Source: Chrysomallon squamiferum (lineage: Eukaryota > Animalia > Mollusca). Taken from it: a DNA stretch of 64,000 nt. Positions 27,062-46,470 of the stretch are shown here, piece by piece. Position 1 is the first letter of the stretch; each line of letters begins with the position of its first letter. The notes below the pieces were generated by a model. The model saw only the letters and a program-made list of their open reading frames with translations, did no database searches and was not told the DNA's origin. The stretch is from assembly GCA_012295275.1 (NCBI GenBank), contig CM022669.1, positions 17,112,001 through 17,176,000 on the forward strand. The letters run 5' to 3'. A program made the translations under genes and the position numbers.

Positions 27062-27363
27062 ATCTGCTTAAACAGGTATTTTCTTGACAATACTAATATA
27101 AATGCTTTTAAAAATGTTCCTTTTTTATTTTGTATTTACACTGGGTTATTTATCTTCAAACAAGATCATGATAGAGAATACAAGCAATATCTTATAATCA
27201 CATAGCCAATCTTTCTTTATCAGTTTACAGGTTTAAAAAAAAAAAAAAAAAAATTTAAATAAATATTTATAACAACCATTATATTCAGGCTCTGAAATTT
27301 ACCTTTTTATTGGTTTTAGTTGTTCTGTATTCCGTTTCAGTCGGATACATAATATGAAAGTGT

Positions 27364-27402
<39 letters not shown>

Positions 27403-28354
27403 GTACAGTTGTGTTCAATAATGCAGTAAGTTTATACAAATTGTAGCAATTCTGTGATGACTATGATTTGGTCATAATTGCTTTTGTTTGGTCGATGTAT
27501 CAGTATTCATTAAAGCTTTTTTCCTGTGATCTGGCTGTAGAATTCTGTGTGTCCCAATTCATGGATTGATTATTTTAGAAATCTCAGCAGTTTTACTCTC
27601 TTCATTATTTTTTAATAACAGTGATTGTTAAGTGTAAAAAATAATTTGTTTTTATAAGGAAGTTTTTGAAAGGAAACCTATCTTTTTGTAAAGGAATAAC
27701 TGGAACTTGTACAGTCAAATCTGTATTCACCGCTCACCCAAATCATTGCTAACTTATTAAATTGGTAATTTTATGCCAATAGAAGATTTGTCACAATAAA
27801 ACAAAGGTAATTTAAATATCTGGCTGTCATAAAATATCAAATTAGAAGTATTTCCTGTGTTCAGGAATTAGGAAAACCTAAATTATGATTTTATTACCAA
27901 GCATTCATTGGAATGGGATATATCCTGTGTTTGCATAAATCATACCAATTTAGTGAATATATATATCATCTGTGTGTTCATATTCATATATATAAAAAAA
28001 TTATCTAATGAACCTTTCCGTTTGGACTCTGGTCTGATAATGTTAACTGTTTTGTTTTCATTATATGAAAAACCTCAGAAAAAAACCAGAATAATATTTT
28101 TTTTTCATTAGTAAATAGTTGTTGTTAAATAATTGTGAAAAACCTCTAATGAACAATGAATTGCAGTAGTTTTCATAAATATTCAATAAACTAATTCCCG
28201 CTATGAACAGAATATATAAATATTCAGTAAGTTGTAAACTGCTTTTACCACTGAGAAAGCAATTGGCTACATACTGATAATAAATAAATATGACAATGAA
28301 CCAGTATGTACATGTATACATATATTATACACAACTGTATAAGTATATACATTT

Positions 28355-28390
<36 letters not shown>

Positions 28391-31300
28391 AGAGACACAC
28401 ACACATACACATACGTACACATACATACACTCCCACTACTATTGTATATCCATCAGCATATTACAAATAAATTTAAATAATGAGACTATGCAACTGAATA
28501 CAAATAAGTTTTATCTGAATTGTTTTTCTCTGTAATTACACATTTTATCTTTTTATTATTACTATTAATTTATAAGTACATCTGGTTAATATTCAACAGA
28601 TAATAAACTGAAAACAAATATTGATTTTAAAAACTAAAATAACCATACACAATAGGTTTTAAAGACGCAAAACCACGATTTTATTACTCATTTACATGTT
28701 ACAACACTTAAATTACCTAGCAAACCTAAAATTGTTTTTTTTAAAACCTCTTTAGAAATTCATCTATTCAGACTGTAATTTGACACATAATGATCCAAAA
28801 TAATTAATGAAAATGCACACAGTTTCATATTTGGTTATAATAACAAAATAGAAAGAAAGGTAGACTACAAAATGCTAATTGTCATCACTTAGGTTACACA
28901 CAATAACTTGCCAAGTATTTATTTATTTTCTAACCTGGTTGGAAGTATAAAAAAATGAAGTAATTATTGTGTATGTTTGCATAGCCTTTTATGTGTATGT
29001 TTATGTCTTCCACGAGATATTTCAGTTTTTCCATACACTCACTCTGTGTCACTTCCTCATTCATCTGTTTTTGTTCATTTGTTTGTACAACTCATATCAA
29101 TGTAAGATCAATAAAAATATTTCCTAGTGTCATAAAGCCAGAACATGATCTATAATTTATTTTGAATAACACGTTAGACCATAAACAGGTATTAAACTAA
29201 TATTGAAAAACATTTCAGCCATTCAATTGTGTCTATTGTAAATCTTTATATTACTCACACAGAGAGCAGATGTTAGCTTATTAGATATGGCTGAGGTCTG
29301 GGATGTAGGAGCTTGCAAGATCAATCCTCAGAACCTACAGTGGACTCTTTCCTATTTCGACAGAGTCTGTACTTACTTATCTGTATGTGCACTTAAATGC
29401 ATGCACTGAGATGTATCCTGAAATTATTCTGATCTTTCAGTCTCTTGATGAAACTGATCAGGTGTAAGGAATGCATTGTTATATAGTTTGCATGCAAAAT
29501 GTTGTATATTGATTGGTCCCAGTATGTTGTTATATACTTCAAAATGACAATGAAATATGAAACTTTACACCAACCTACTTGTCTTTCAAAGCTGACAAGG
29601 CTGTAGGCTGAATAGCAAATTTTGTCCTACTATGACAGTAATTTTAAAGTATGAAGTAGATTGACTACTAAATTTTGTCCATTATTTTGACTATTATTTT
29701 TGAACTGCAAGCAGTATGTTTGTGTCTTATATTTCTGGACAATGCTAATACTGGATTATCTAGTACATTCAATTTGGATAACAAAAACAATTTAACCTCT
29801 TTCTTAGACATAACTTTAGAAAAGGAGTAAAAAAAAAAATAAAAACTTAAGGTATTCCTTTGGCTTATGGTGATCCCTGACCTTTCTAATATTTGTTGTA
29901 GAACGTGATCTGGTGACAGAAAGCACAAGCAAATATAAAATTAAGAAGGAAAAGTGAAGATGAACAGTTGAAAAAGAACATCTGTTTTTGTCTGTGGCAT
30001 GGTCTTGCAGGTCTTTGGTGGAATTAACGGTGAGACTTTGTATATTCACACTGTTTACAAAACTTAAAGAATCTGAACGATAAGAGTCGAAATAAAAAGT
30101 ACAGATGCATACAGATACTCATACAAACACACAAAAATCACTGCACAAATGTAGACCCTGACAAAGACTGGTATATATATACATATATAAATTTAAAAAA
30201 TAATTCAAAAAGTGCCTTATTTCTTTTTTAATTGATTTATATACTTTATTTCTTTCTTTTATTATTATTATTATTCTTTCATTTTATTTTTTTATAACCA
30301 AATAAAGACACATTTGTTTCTTTGTTCATAATTAATTTCTAACTGATATGAGATAGAAGGCAGTACTTTTTTTAGGTAGTATGTAATAAGAGAAAATACT
30401 GTGCAAAAAAAAAAAATGTGTCTAAGACAGAGAGCAAGAAAATGAGCAAGATTAAAATACTTCTATATTAAATGAATACAGAAACCTCTCCTTTACACAT
30501 GTACAAGTATTTACAGGAGAAATGTAGTTCTTTCTGTGATAATTAGTGCTTTCAGTCTTTTAGGCAATTTACAGGTGTTGCTTCCAACTTCAGATTTTCA
30601 TGAAAGAAATCAATTATTATAATAATTGAAATTATTTATTTATTTGTTTGTTTGTTTGTTTGTTTGTTTATAACTTTTTAAGTGCAGGAAGATTTAAAAA
30701 AATATTTTTCTGGTACATATTTTAGTTTCATTGGAAAAAGCTTCCTTGTTGCTAATTGAAAAAGAATAGTCTTTTGTGCAATAGCAGTGAGTTTCCTCTT
30801 GTTACCTGTACTTCTTGTGTTTTGCTTTCTTGTGTATTTTTAATGATGTAGTTTAACAATCATGCTGAAAAAAAAGAAAAAAGAAAAAAGAAAAGAAGGA
30901 TCATTGAAGAATAAAATTATGTCTGTGCCACTTGTATAATATTTAACTGTCAAAAGAAAAATGTTTGAATATTGAAATTATTTTTCACTGTTTAATAATA
31001 CCCTCATGCAGAACAAGTATTCATAAATACATATATTCAGTGAACATTAAATATTAAAGGTGATCAGAATAAGTAAAGAATGGGGAAGTGTTTTTAAAAA
31101 GCCATTTTATAAAATCTTGTTCAGTTATTCCTAAAAAAACAATTGCTGGAACACACACAATAAGAGGCCATTTTGAAAAAAAGAAAGAAAAAAAAGGTTG
31201 TAATCTGTTTTGAGTTGTAGAATTTATCTATATAAGATTGTAAAGTATTTGTTGTGTTTTGAAACTTTGCCAAGAATGTTCATAACCAGGGTGGCTTTTG

Positions 31301-33999
31301 TGGACACCGTATATTAAAAGTTGGGCATGTTTTTATTATTCTTTTATTTTATTTTGTTCTGACTCTATTTTCATTTGCTACAGTGCATGATTTTTTGTGT
31401 TTTTTTGGAAAGGTGCAATTCAAAGATCTATTGCTAGTAATTAATATAGTGGTATCTCTATTACCATTCATGTACAAAAACTGCGTTAAAAACCTGATAA
31501 GCAATAGCAGTAATTAAAAAAATATCATAACGTATTCATTCCATGTGTTCTGTTATACATAACTAACAAAGCTTGTGTAATCCAAACTTTTGAGAAACAA
31601 TTTTTCTGAAACCTGTTTCAAAATACATTAGTGTCACAGTATTTTAGCAAACAACTGATTGACCTGAGTTATAGAGCTTTCTCTAACAACATTTAAAAAG
31701 GTAAAGAATTTGAAGCATGTGCTGAAGTAGGTGCATGAATACTTGGTTTAGATACATAATGTAGTAAGATGGATAAGAAAAATATTTACAGATATTTGTA
31801 ATCATTGCTGGATGGGACATGTTTTTAATTCTCACTCTCTTAAAACTTCTATTTTCTGTGTCCTTCCTCTCTCTTTTGTCTTTCCTATACTTTGTTTTTT
31901 TCTTTTTGTCTTTCTTTTTGTCTCCTCTGTGACCCTCACAGATTCCACAATTTTTCTGGAAGCCTCTGTTGGGTTTTTTTTTTCATTTTTTGTTTTATAT
32001 TTTTGTTGTTTTCAGCAGTATGTTGTTGTTTTTATTTTTTTTCAGACATTTGCAAATGACAGAAGTCTTAAGACAAAAAAAGATTCAAGTCATCTTTATG
32101 CTGATGCGTATGTTGGGAATTCTGCATGCATGTTCATCAGCTTTGGACGTTCTAATTTTTCGCTTTTGAATGCATTTTATTTTTTGAGTTCTGCTGCTAT
32201 GTCTTGAATTACTGTTAACAAAAAAAAGTAAATAAATAAAGAAAAATAAAGATAACAGCTACATCCTATGGCTCGTTCTTGTGGCACTGGTGACCATTTC
32301 ATTGTCACTGATCACGGATACTGTCATGTCTGTTGGAGATCAACAACTACTAAGGTGTCTTCTGCTTCATTCTCAGGTGTGAATCAGTCACATCTACATG
32401 TATGTTAAAATTAACAATTGTTTTTTTCTATGCACACTCAGACATAAACATTCCATAAAGTATTATCAAGTCCATTTCACAAAAAATATATTGCCATTTC
32501 TGCATTTGTACAGCTTGTCTCAAAGAATTTCGTTTTTTTTTTTTTTTTTTTTTTAGCACTAATTTTAAAATTTTAATAAATAAATATTAATTAGAAATTT
32601 ATAATTCATTATTAAATAATAATCTGATTTGCTAACACTGCTAACAATGTTATAAAGTTCTTTTGTTCTGATTGGAGTTGGCCAGTTAGTTCTGACACAT
32701 AACTTGTCAGTAACAAGTATGTTCTAAATGAGTTAAGTCGTAATGACATTTATTTTTTAACTTTATTACCTTCTTTTCTCCTTTTTCTTTTTTCCTTTGA
32801 TGCTAGAGTTTTTTTTTTTTTTTTTTTTTGAGTTGTTGTTTCCTTTTCATTGAAAACTTCTAAAACCTAAAGAATGAAACCACTTTGATATTCTGTTGGT
32901 TTTTTTGCTTGTGTGCAATCTGTTAATGCTTTGTGTGAAACCACCTGTTTCTTTAACCAAAGAAAGAAGACAAGTATGATATTTAAATTACTCTTTTTTT
33001 GCACAGAAACCAATACCATAAAAGTCTTTTTAGAACCATGGAGGTTGTTACCTAAAAGTGAAGACCGAAATAACAAATTATTATATTATCTGTATAGCAT
33101 TAAGAAATAACATTGGTCTTTGTTTCATAGTGAAGGAAGCTATGACATTTATCTGGTTATTTCAATAACTTTTAATTTTTTCAATTTTTTTTTTTTTTTT
33201 AATTTCATGATTATTTTATTATTAGTGGAGCAAAAAAAAAAAAGAAAAAGCCAATTGTATAATAGAATTTAATTTATTTATTTTTTATTACTGTACTAAA
33301 TTGTAGGAAGACAACAGTTTTAATATCAGAATGAAGGTTTTATTCTTCCATAAATACTGTTAAAATACTGATATGAATGATTAATAATATTATTTATATA
33401 TATATATATATTTTATTATTGAAATGTAAAAAACTTTATAATCAGCCATTTGATCAGGTAATTGAGACAAGGTGAAATTAACATTTAAATAGTTATTTTA
33501 ATCAAGGTGAAAACATTCTAGTATGAAGGCTATATTTTTCTGACTGAATTCTGTTAAGAGACTTGATGAAGAAAAGAAAAAGAAACTGCTCTTTGTTTTG
33601 TAGCATTTACCTTGGTGTGTGCATGTGTGCATGCATGCATACATGTGCCTATGCATTTCTTTGAATATATATATATATATATATATATATCCTCTTTGTG
33701 AATTCTGTGATAGCTTTACACAAATTTGAAATTTAATTTTAAACCAAAGTGTTCATTAACACACGTCATTCTGTAAGTTTGTTTTGAGATAGCTTATCAA
33801 ATAGCTGCCATCAGTAACTATATATACGACACGTATGTTTGTTTTGCTTTGTTTTGCTTAGCTTTGTTGACTTGTTGTTTCCATGTAGTTTGGAGAGGCT
33901 GTTAATGCTTGTTTATGTATTGCTTGGGTTTTCTGGCACTCAGCAAGCAAACAGTTTCATAAGCATGTGCACTTACACACACTGTGTGAATGTTTCAGT

Positions 34000-34043
<44 letters not shown>

Positions 34044-34335
34044 TATGTATATTAAAAGAATTAAAATAAAATGGAGACCTCTAAACTGAAATTTAAATGA
34101 ATAATTAATAAAACTGGAATATAATTAAAATATTCCTTTGCTGACAAATAAAAGAAGCCTAAAAAAAAATTCATAAACTTTTTGGCTGCTAGTTTTATTG
34201 TTTTTAACATAAAACCTTAGCTAATAATAATAATAACAATAACAAACACACACCCACACACCCACACACACACACAGACACACAGAGGAAAATTTTATAT
34301 TATATAGGGTTTTTATTTTGTTTTGTTTTCAGAAA

Positions 34336-39240
<4,905 letters not shown>

Positions 39241-41532
39241 CTTGTGTGGAGATACTTTTCCACAGGAGACCATCTTGTTCCTTCTGTTACAAGACATGTC
39301 GATGGTTTGGTTCATTGATTTCAAAGTAGAAATCTGTTGGGTCCAGAGAGTTAGAGTTAGAGTATGCACAAGCATTACAATGGAACAGAAGAATTTGAAC
39401 ATTTTGTAATGAAAGAAAAAACTTCTGTTACCATCATCGTTCATTTATTCTGAAAAAGAAGATAACCTTTTTTTTTTTTCAATGCAGCAAATTTTTTAAA
39501 TTGAAAAAGTTATTTTGCAAGACTTTTGTGTCCTTTTTTACCAAATTTTTTATTTGACTTTTAATTTTTTTTTATTTGTCTTTTAATTTTTTTTTATTTG
39601 TCTTTTAATTTCCTTTTTGTTTGTCTTTTTATATTTGTTTTTAATTGTAAGATGATTTTTATTTTTAATTTTTTTTTTTTTTTTAAACAAATGATTATTA
39701 GTATTTTCTTCACGATATCAATTCAGTGTTTGGTGCTCTTCAAACGTGGATCAACATGTTTGTCAGTAAATTCAGAAACGTAAGTATGATAATATTCAGA
39801 AGTATTTCTCCAAATGTTAAACATCAGGTTGCTGTTTCAGATCAAAGTAAACCAACTTGTTTGTTATCAGATACAGCATATTGGAGATCAGCTCCGTTTT
39901 TGCTGACTATGAAATTTTGTCCAATATAAAAATTCAGGAACTTGTATATTAGAGTTCACAAATGTGTCCTTAGTAAAATTCAGAAACTTTGTTGAATTTG
40001 AGACATGGGTAAATGATAAAAAATTTTAGAGGATTAAGAGGATTAAGCAATGCTTATGGATAATTCCTCTTTTCCATTATGAATTTATCAACAGAGATCT
40101 GTTTTTAAATTAGAAGTTAAGTGAATTCTAGAGCCAAGAAGGATCATTATTCAAATTCATGTCTCAGTAGGGGGTCAAGTAAAACTGTCAGATACATTGG
40201 GCAGAATGGTGAAATACAGTATTAATTATTAAGATTAATGTATTGACACACAAGTCTGTTAGTATCTAAACAACTGCATGAAAAATTACTAACATTTTTT
40301 ATTATTTTTTAATCACTCCATCTACATATATTAATCCAAATTCTTAAATATGCATATTAGGTTTGTGTTTAAGAAAGGAAAAGAAATATCTCTGTTAAAA
40401 AAAAAAAAAAAAAAAAAAAGGTAATACAAATTACATTACATTTTTCAGTTTTATGATCAGCTGACATCCATGGAAGTTAACCTTTATCTGATTCATATTT
40501 TAAAATCCTACATTTGGCTTACATTGAATGCAAATATTTTTGGAAGTTATTTCTTTAATATCATTTGTGGTCAAAAAAAAATTCAAAAAAAAAAAAAATA
40601 ATAAGAATAATAATAGTAACTGCTGAGATGATAATATATAATATATAAAATGTATGTATATTAATAATAATAAAATACAAAAATACAAAATGTTTAGAAA
40701 AAAAGATGATCTGTTTGCTCATCCTATGCTCAATGATAAATCTAAATTTGAAACTTGCTAACAAGTTTAGAAAAGAGATTTGTGTCTTGATGAAATGTGT
40801 AATTCAAATTCAAGGTGCTATAAACCAAACTGCTGATTATGCTGAACAGTTACAGAAAGGAAAAAGCAGCTAAATAAAATGATAATATGCAACTGTTATA
40901 ATTTTCAAAATGTACATAAATATATTTATATAAATAAATTAAGTAGTAATCCTAATGATGATGGATGATGATGATGATGATGATGATGTTGATTATGGTC
41001 ATGAAGATGATAAGATAATGATGAATAATTTAAAAGAATTAAATAAAGAATTTCAAATGTGCAGCATTTTTTTAAATAAAATAAAAACCTGTTGCTGAAC
41101 AATTTTAAACAACAATAATATATGAAATTATTTTTATACATTGATTCCATTTTGAATGCTTATTTTCACACATTATTAGATTACTGGTAACATGAGAAGT
41201 CATATAATATTGTATTATTGCCAACAAAGCTTAACTTGTGAATATATGGTGCAGTTAACATAATAGCAAATTATTAAAAAAAGTGTGATATTGGTTATTT
41301 CAAGTAATTAAGTGTAGTAGTAATGTCTAAGTATAGTGACAAGTTATTATAATAGTATTTTATTGGTAAAGCCCATAAAGTAATAGTATTGTATGTAGTG
41401 GAATGCCAGTAAAGTCGTCATAATGGTATTTTATTAGTAATTCCTATAAAGGAATTCTAAAGTGATGTATTAGTAACACCATTCATTACATTAAGGTGAA
41501 TTGGGCAGTGTCCATTATTAAAAAGTAAATAA

Positions 41533-41935
41533 AGTCATTATGATAGTATTACACTGGTAATGCCTAACAAGTCATAATTGTGATATATTGGTAATACCTA
41601 ACAAGTCATTATAATTGTGTTATATTGGTAATGCCTAACAAATCATTATAATTGTGTTATATTGGTAACACCTAACAAATCATTATGATTGTGTTATATT
41701 GGTAATGCCTAATAAATCATTATGATTGTGTTATATTGGTAATGCCTAACAAATCATTATGATTGTGTTATATTGGTAATGCCTAATAAATCATTATGAT
41801 TGTGTTATATTGGTAATGCCTAATAAAATCATTATGATTGTGTTATATTGGTAATGCCTAATAAATCATTATGGTTGTGTTATATTGGTAATGCTTAACA
41901 AGTCAGTGTAATTAGTATTATATTGGTCAAGCCTG
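41533..41935. repeat. 37-bp minisatellite array A, about 11 copies (GGTAATGCCTAATAAATCATTATGATTGTGTTATATT)
   Basis: Period read directly (GGT at 41701 and 41738); decayed copies extend over about 41200-42120. Confidence 0.93.
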
Positions 41936-43510
41936 CTAAATTACAGGAATGATGTACTGGTTAACATCCATTGTTAAAGTAAGGTCAATTAGGTGATGCC
42001 CAACATGTCATTATAATAACAGAGTTGTATTCATAATTCCCAGCAAATCATTAAAGAAGTAGTGTATCAAACAGCGAATTGCTAAAATAGGATTGTACAG
42101 TAACAGTTCTAGTCATTTAAAATAGTAAGATGTGATTTGAGAAATAATTAGTGTGTGAGGTATAATGGAAACAGAAGCTCTGCTACAGGGTGATATCATT
42201 TATTGTAAGTACTGATAAAAATAAACAAAAAACATCTGTTCAAAGTATTGGTAGTAGACATTGTATCAGAGAGTGACTGAACACCCAGTGCTGTCTGCTA
42301 CAAAATGATCTTCTGTGACTGTCTTAGGCAAGCAGCATGCTGTTGATTTTTATATTCTCTGAACCAGTTTGTTAATATCTATCTTTCTCTCTATCTATTT
42401 TTTTTTAAGAATCCAATGTTGAAAATATTGTTTTTTAATTATTACTCTTGTTGCTGATTTTGATTTTGATTTTTTTTAATATAAAAGAATATACAGTATG
42501 GGTACAAAATCATTCCCAAATGCAGAGAGATACCATTTCAGAATAATGCTTGTATACATCTAATGGAAAGGATTATAATAATAATAATATAAGAAAAAGA
42601 ATACAAAAATGAATATATGTGTGTAAAATTGGTTAAAATATGTTTATGTATTTGTCAAAGATAAGATGATAGTGCCATTTCCTCATTCAAAACTTACATA
42701 TATGTCATCATGATAAGACACATTGCTTCAGTGTAGTGTAATGTCATTCAGTGATTTCAGACACACGTGAAGACTACTTAACATCTTCATAGGTCACAGG
42801 AATATTCCCATAAGCATTTGATAATCATCATTACAGAGATTGTAGTTTAAACTGTTTATTTGCCATACAAGCAGATTTAGTCTCACTGTGTAACAAATGA
42901 ATCATAATCACTTTATTCTTGTTCCCAGATGTGCCCTCATTTCTGTGAATACGATTATAAAATATCTGTCTGAGTCCTGTGCCTTATTAACTATACATCT
43001 GTATCTAAATGTATATATGGAGCAGCTCACTCATTCTTCTTTTAAACCTGTCACAGGTTGCAGCTATTCTAAATAGCAATAATTAATGCTATATTTGAAT
43101 AGATACATGTGTATTTTAATCATTATATGATAATGTCTACTTTAAAGAAGAATTACAGTTAATGTAAATATATTTATATTTTATTTTGTTTTTTTTTTTT
43201 TTTTTTTTTCTTTTTTATCATGTTTATAAAAATATGGTTGCTGTTTGTTTTGTTTTTACAAGTATGTACATACTGAATTTACTGATGATTATTTTGTCAT
43301 TGCATTTTAAATTCTATTATGGTAAATTTTAAGCACAAAAACCAAACCTAGAACAAGGACTTAAATAAGAAAACATTTTTTAAATTCATCTAGGAGTAAT
43401 ACATTTTTACTGACTAACTGCAATGTATAAAAATTCAAATTCAAATTTTAAAAAAGGGAAATATCTGAACCAGATGCTTACTATTTAGAGAGAGCACATA
43501 CACACACACT

Positions 43511-43544
<34 letters not shown>

Positions 43545-44857
43545 GCTAATTTTTACAAATATCCACAATCCATTTATCCCATGGTTATAATTACCAGATT
43601 GTTTCTGAACAGGTAAACTATTATTATATAATCAATATTTGTTCTGTTTAACAGGACTTTTGTTAGACACTGTATACAAGTATTTCACTATTCAGCATCT
43701 TATACCAAGGTATAAGGTACTTGTACCACTACATGTATATAACTAAAAAAATTCTTCTGTTTGAAAAGCTGGTTTTAAAAAAAAAAGATAAATTGTTTGT
43801 AATCTCAGAAAATCTGGAATAAGGTATAGTCAACCTATAGTTAACTGTTTTTAATTTACTCTTGACTGAGTCTTAATATTTATCAATTATTTTGTGTTTG
43901 TGTGTGTTTTAATTATTACATGTTTGTCTTATCTCAGGAAACATTTAAACTGTGTTTACATATGTTACTGATGTCATATTTGTTAATGTCCTAGTTACCA
44001 TTGTTGTGTCTTGTAAAGGAATCTATTTTATTCATTGTTTTTTCTTTTCTTATTTTTTTTCTTATTATTATTGTTATTAATTTTTCAAAAATAATTTTTT
44101 TTATTATTATTATTTTTTTAAAGTTATTTATTAATACTATTAAGTTTATTTTAATTAATTAATATATTTATTACATTGTTATGAAATATATTTCTCTGTT
44201 AATTTGAAAAGTCAAAAATGGCAAATATTCATCATTACTTCTGTGAAAAGGAATAATTTAAATAATTTATTAATGTTTCAAAATCAGTTTGTCAATAATT
44301 ACTTTCGTTCTCTTTTTTTTTCGTTCTTTTTTTTTATTTTTTTTTTTTTTTTTTTTTTTTTTTATTCTTTTTTTTTTTTTTTTCCTATTTGGGGTTACCT
44401 TTCTGGGAGATTGGTTTTATTTTCACATCCATGTTTGTTGTAAACCTATTTTTATATGATACCATTAAATTGAACCATGTCATCCAGCCTACAAGAATTA
44501 AACATAGTCATTTTTTATTTTCTTTTTCTTTTTTTTCTTTCTTTCTTTCTTTCTTTTTTTTTTTTTTTTTTTATTATTATTATTATTTTTTTTTTTTTTT
44601 TTGGTGTTCATTAATCACATACTAATCCATATTATAATGTGACAGTCCTGTTGTTGATTCCCAAAAGTTTCTCTACTGTTGACAATTTTTGCTAAGTACT
44701 CTTTTCATATCATTTTTTGTTGGGGTTTTTTCTTGTCTTTTTTTGCTTTTGAAAGATTTTTGTAAATGCAGTAAACAGCTCTGTACCAAGTTGTACATAT
44801 TAATTTAACTTACTGTCTCTTAATACATTAATCAATTGTCAGTGGACCAAAGAACAC

Positions 44858-44924
<67 letters not shown>

Positions 44925-45719
44925 CATAAATAATAATAAACATAAAATTATTAATTTTTTATTTTTTTTTTTTTTTTTTTTAATAATCATTATAATAATA
45001 ATAATAATTTAAAAAAAAATTAAATAAATAAATGTAGTAAAAATGATGTTATTGGATCCAACCAGTGAATTAAATGGATCGTAACTGATAAACCATAAAG
45101 AATTGTATTTCTAAACATTTTGGTTACTTTTTTATACTCTTCATTAGTATTTCTATTAGAAAAAGAGTTATTATTCTGGTGTCGTTGTAAGATCTCTTAT
45201 TATCAATTAGAAATAAAAAAAATATATATCCAGTTAAAATATTTGTTTACAAATTGCTCAAGATTAATATACAATATAATCTATAAACATAGTTAAATGT
45301 CTGTATAACATATCTGTATTTACCCACACACCTATTTGAGCTTCATGAAGTATGTTCCAAATATAAAATTATTTAAGGTTGTGTGTACTGAAATGAACTA
45401 TTTTCTGAATTTTTAACTTATTTTGATAACATGTAAGAATATATTACATGTGTGGTAAATTTGCAGCTATCACTCCATGCATTCCAGTATACTGCTGTAC
45501 ATGTTAATAAAATAGTAAAATGTTTTGTAATTGTTCTGTTGTTTGTGCACTGACATTTTGATGTATCTGATGCCAAAATCTTGGTTGTTAAAGCAAGTTA
45601 CAAATAATGCACTGGTAATACCCTTTCAGCAAGTTATTATAATGATATTAATACTGGAAATGTCCAGCAATCATTAAAATGAAATGAACTTGATAATACC
45701 TATAAAGTTATTAAAATAG

Positions 45720-46470
45720 GCTATTATACTGGTAATGCTAAGCAAATCATTATAATACTGTTGTATTGGTAAAGCCCATACATTCATAATAATATTGTTG
45801 TAGTGGTATAGCCCATAAATTTGTGATAATACTGTTGTAGTGGTATAGCCCATAAATTCATGATAATACTGTTGTAGTGGTAAAGCCCATAAATTCAGGA
45901 TAGTACTGTGTAGTGGTAAAGCCCATGAAGTCATGATAATACTGTTGTAGTGGTAAAGCCCATAAAGTCATGATAATATTGTAGTGGTAAAGCCCATAAA
46001 TTTATAATACTATTGTAGTGGTAAAGTCCATAAATTCATGACAACAGTGTTGTAGTGGTAAAGCCCATAAATTCATGATAACACTGTTGTAGTGGTAAAG
46101 CCCATACATTCGTAATACTGTTGTAGTGGTAAAGCCCATAAATTCATGATAATATTGTTGTAGTGGTAAAGCCCATAAATTCATGATAATACTGTTGTAG
46201 TGGTAAAGCCCATAAATTCATGATAATACTGTTGTAGTGGTAAAGCCCGTAAATTCATGATAATACTGTTGTAGTGGTAAAGCCCATAAATTCATGATAA
46301 TACTGTTGTAGTGGTAAAGCCCATAAATTCATGATAATACTGTTGTAGTGGTAAAGCCCATAAATTCTTGATAATACTGTTGTAGTGGTAAAGCCCATAA
46401 ATTCATGATAATACTGTTGTAGTGGTAAAGCCCATAAATTCTTGATAATATTGTTGTAGTGGTAATGACC
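45720..46470. repeat. 37-bp minisatellite array B, about 20 copies (GGTAAAGCCCATAAATTCATGATAATACTGTTGTAGT)
   Basis: Period read directly (AATTCATGAT at 46141 and 46178); decayed copies back to about 45560. Confidence 0.95.

Noticed and set aside
29272-29352. tRNA-like sequence
   Set aside because: No cloverleaf can be formed; at most a decayed SINE head.
45720-46470. 37-bp repeats as a CRISPR array (also 41533-41935)
   Set aside because: Units are head-to-tail with no unique spacers, there are no cas genes, and the context is eukaryotic; these are minisatellites.
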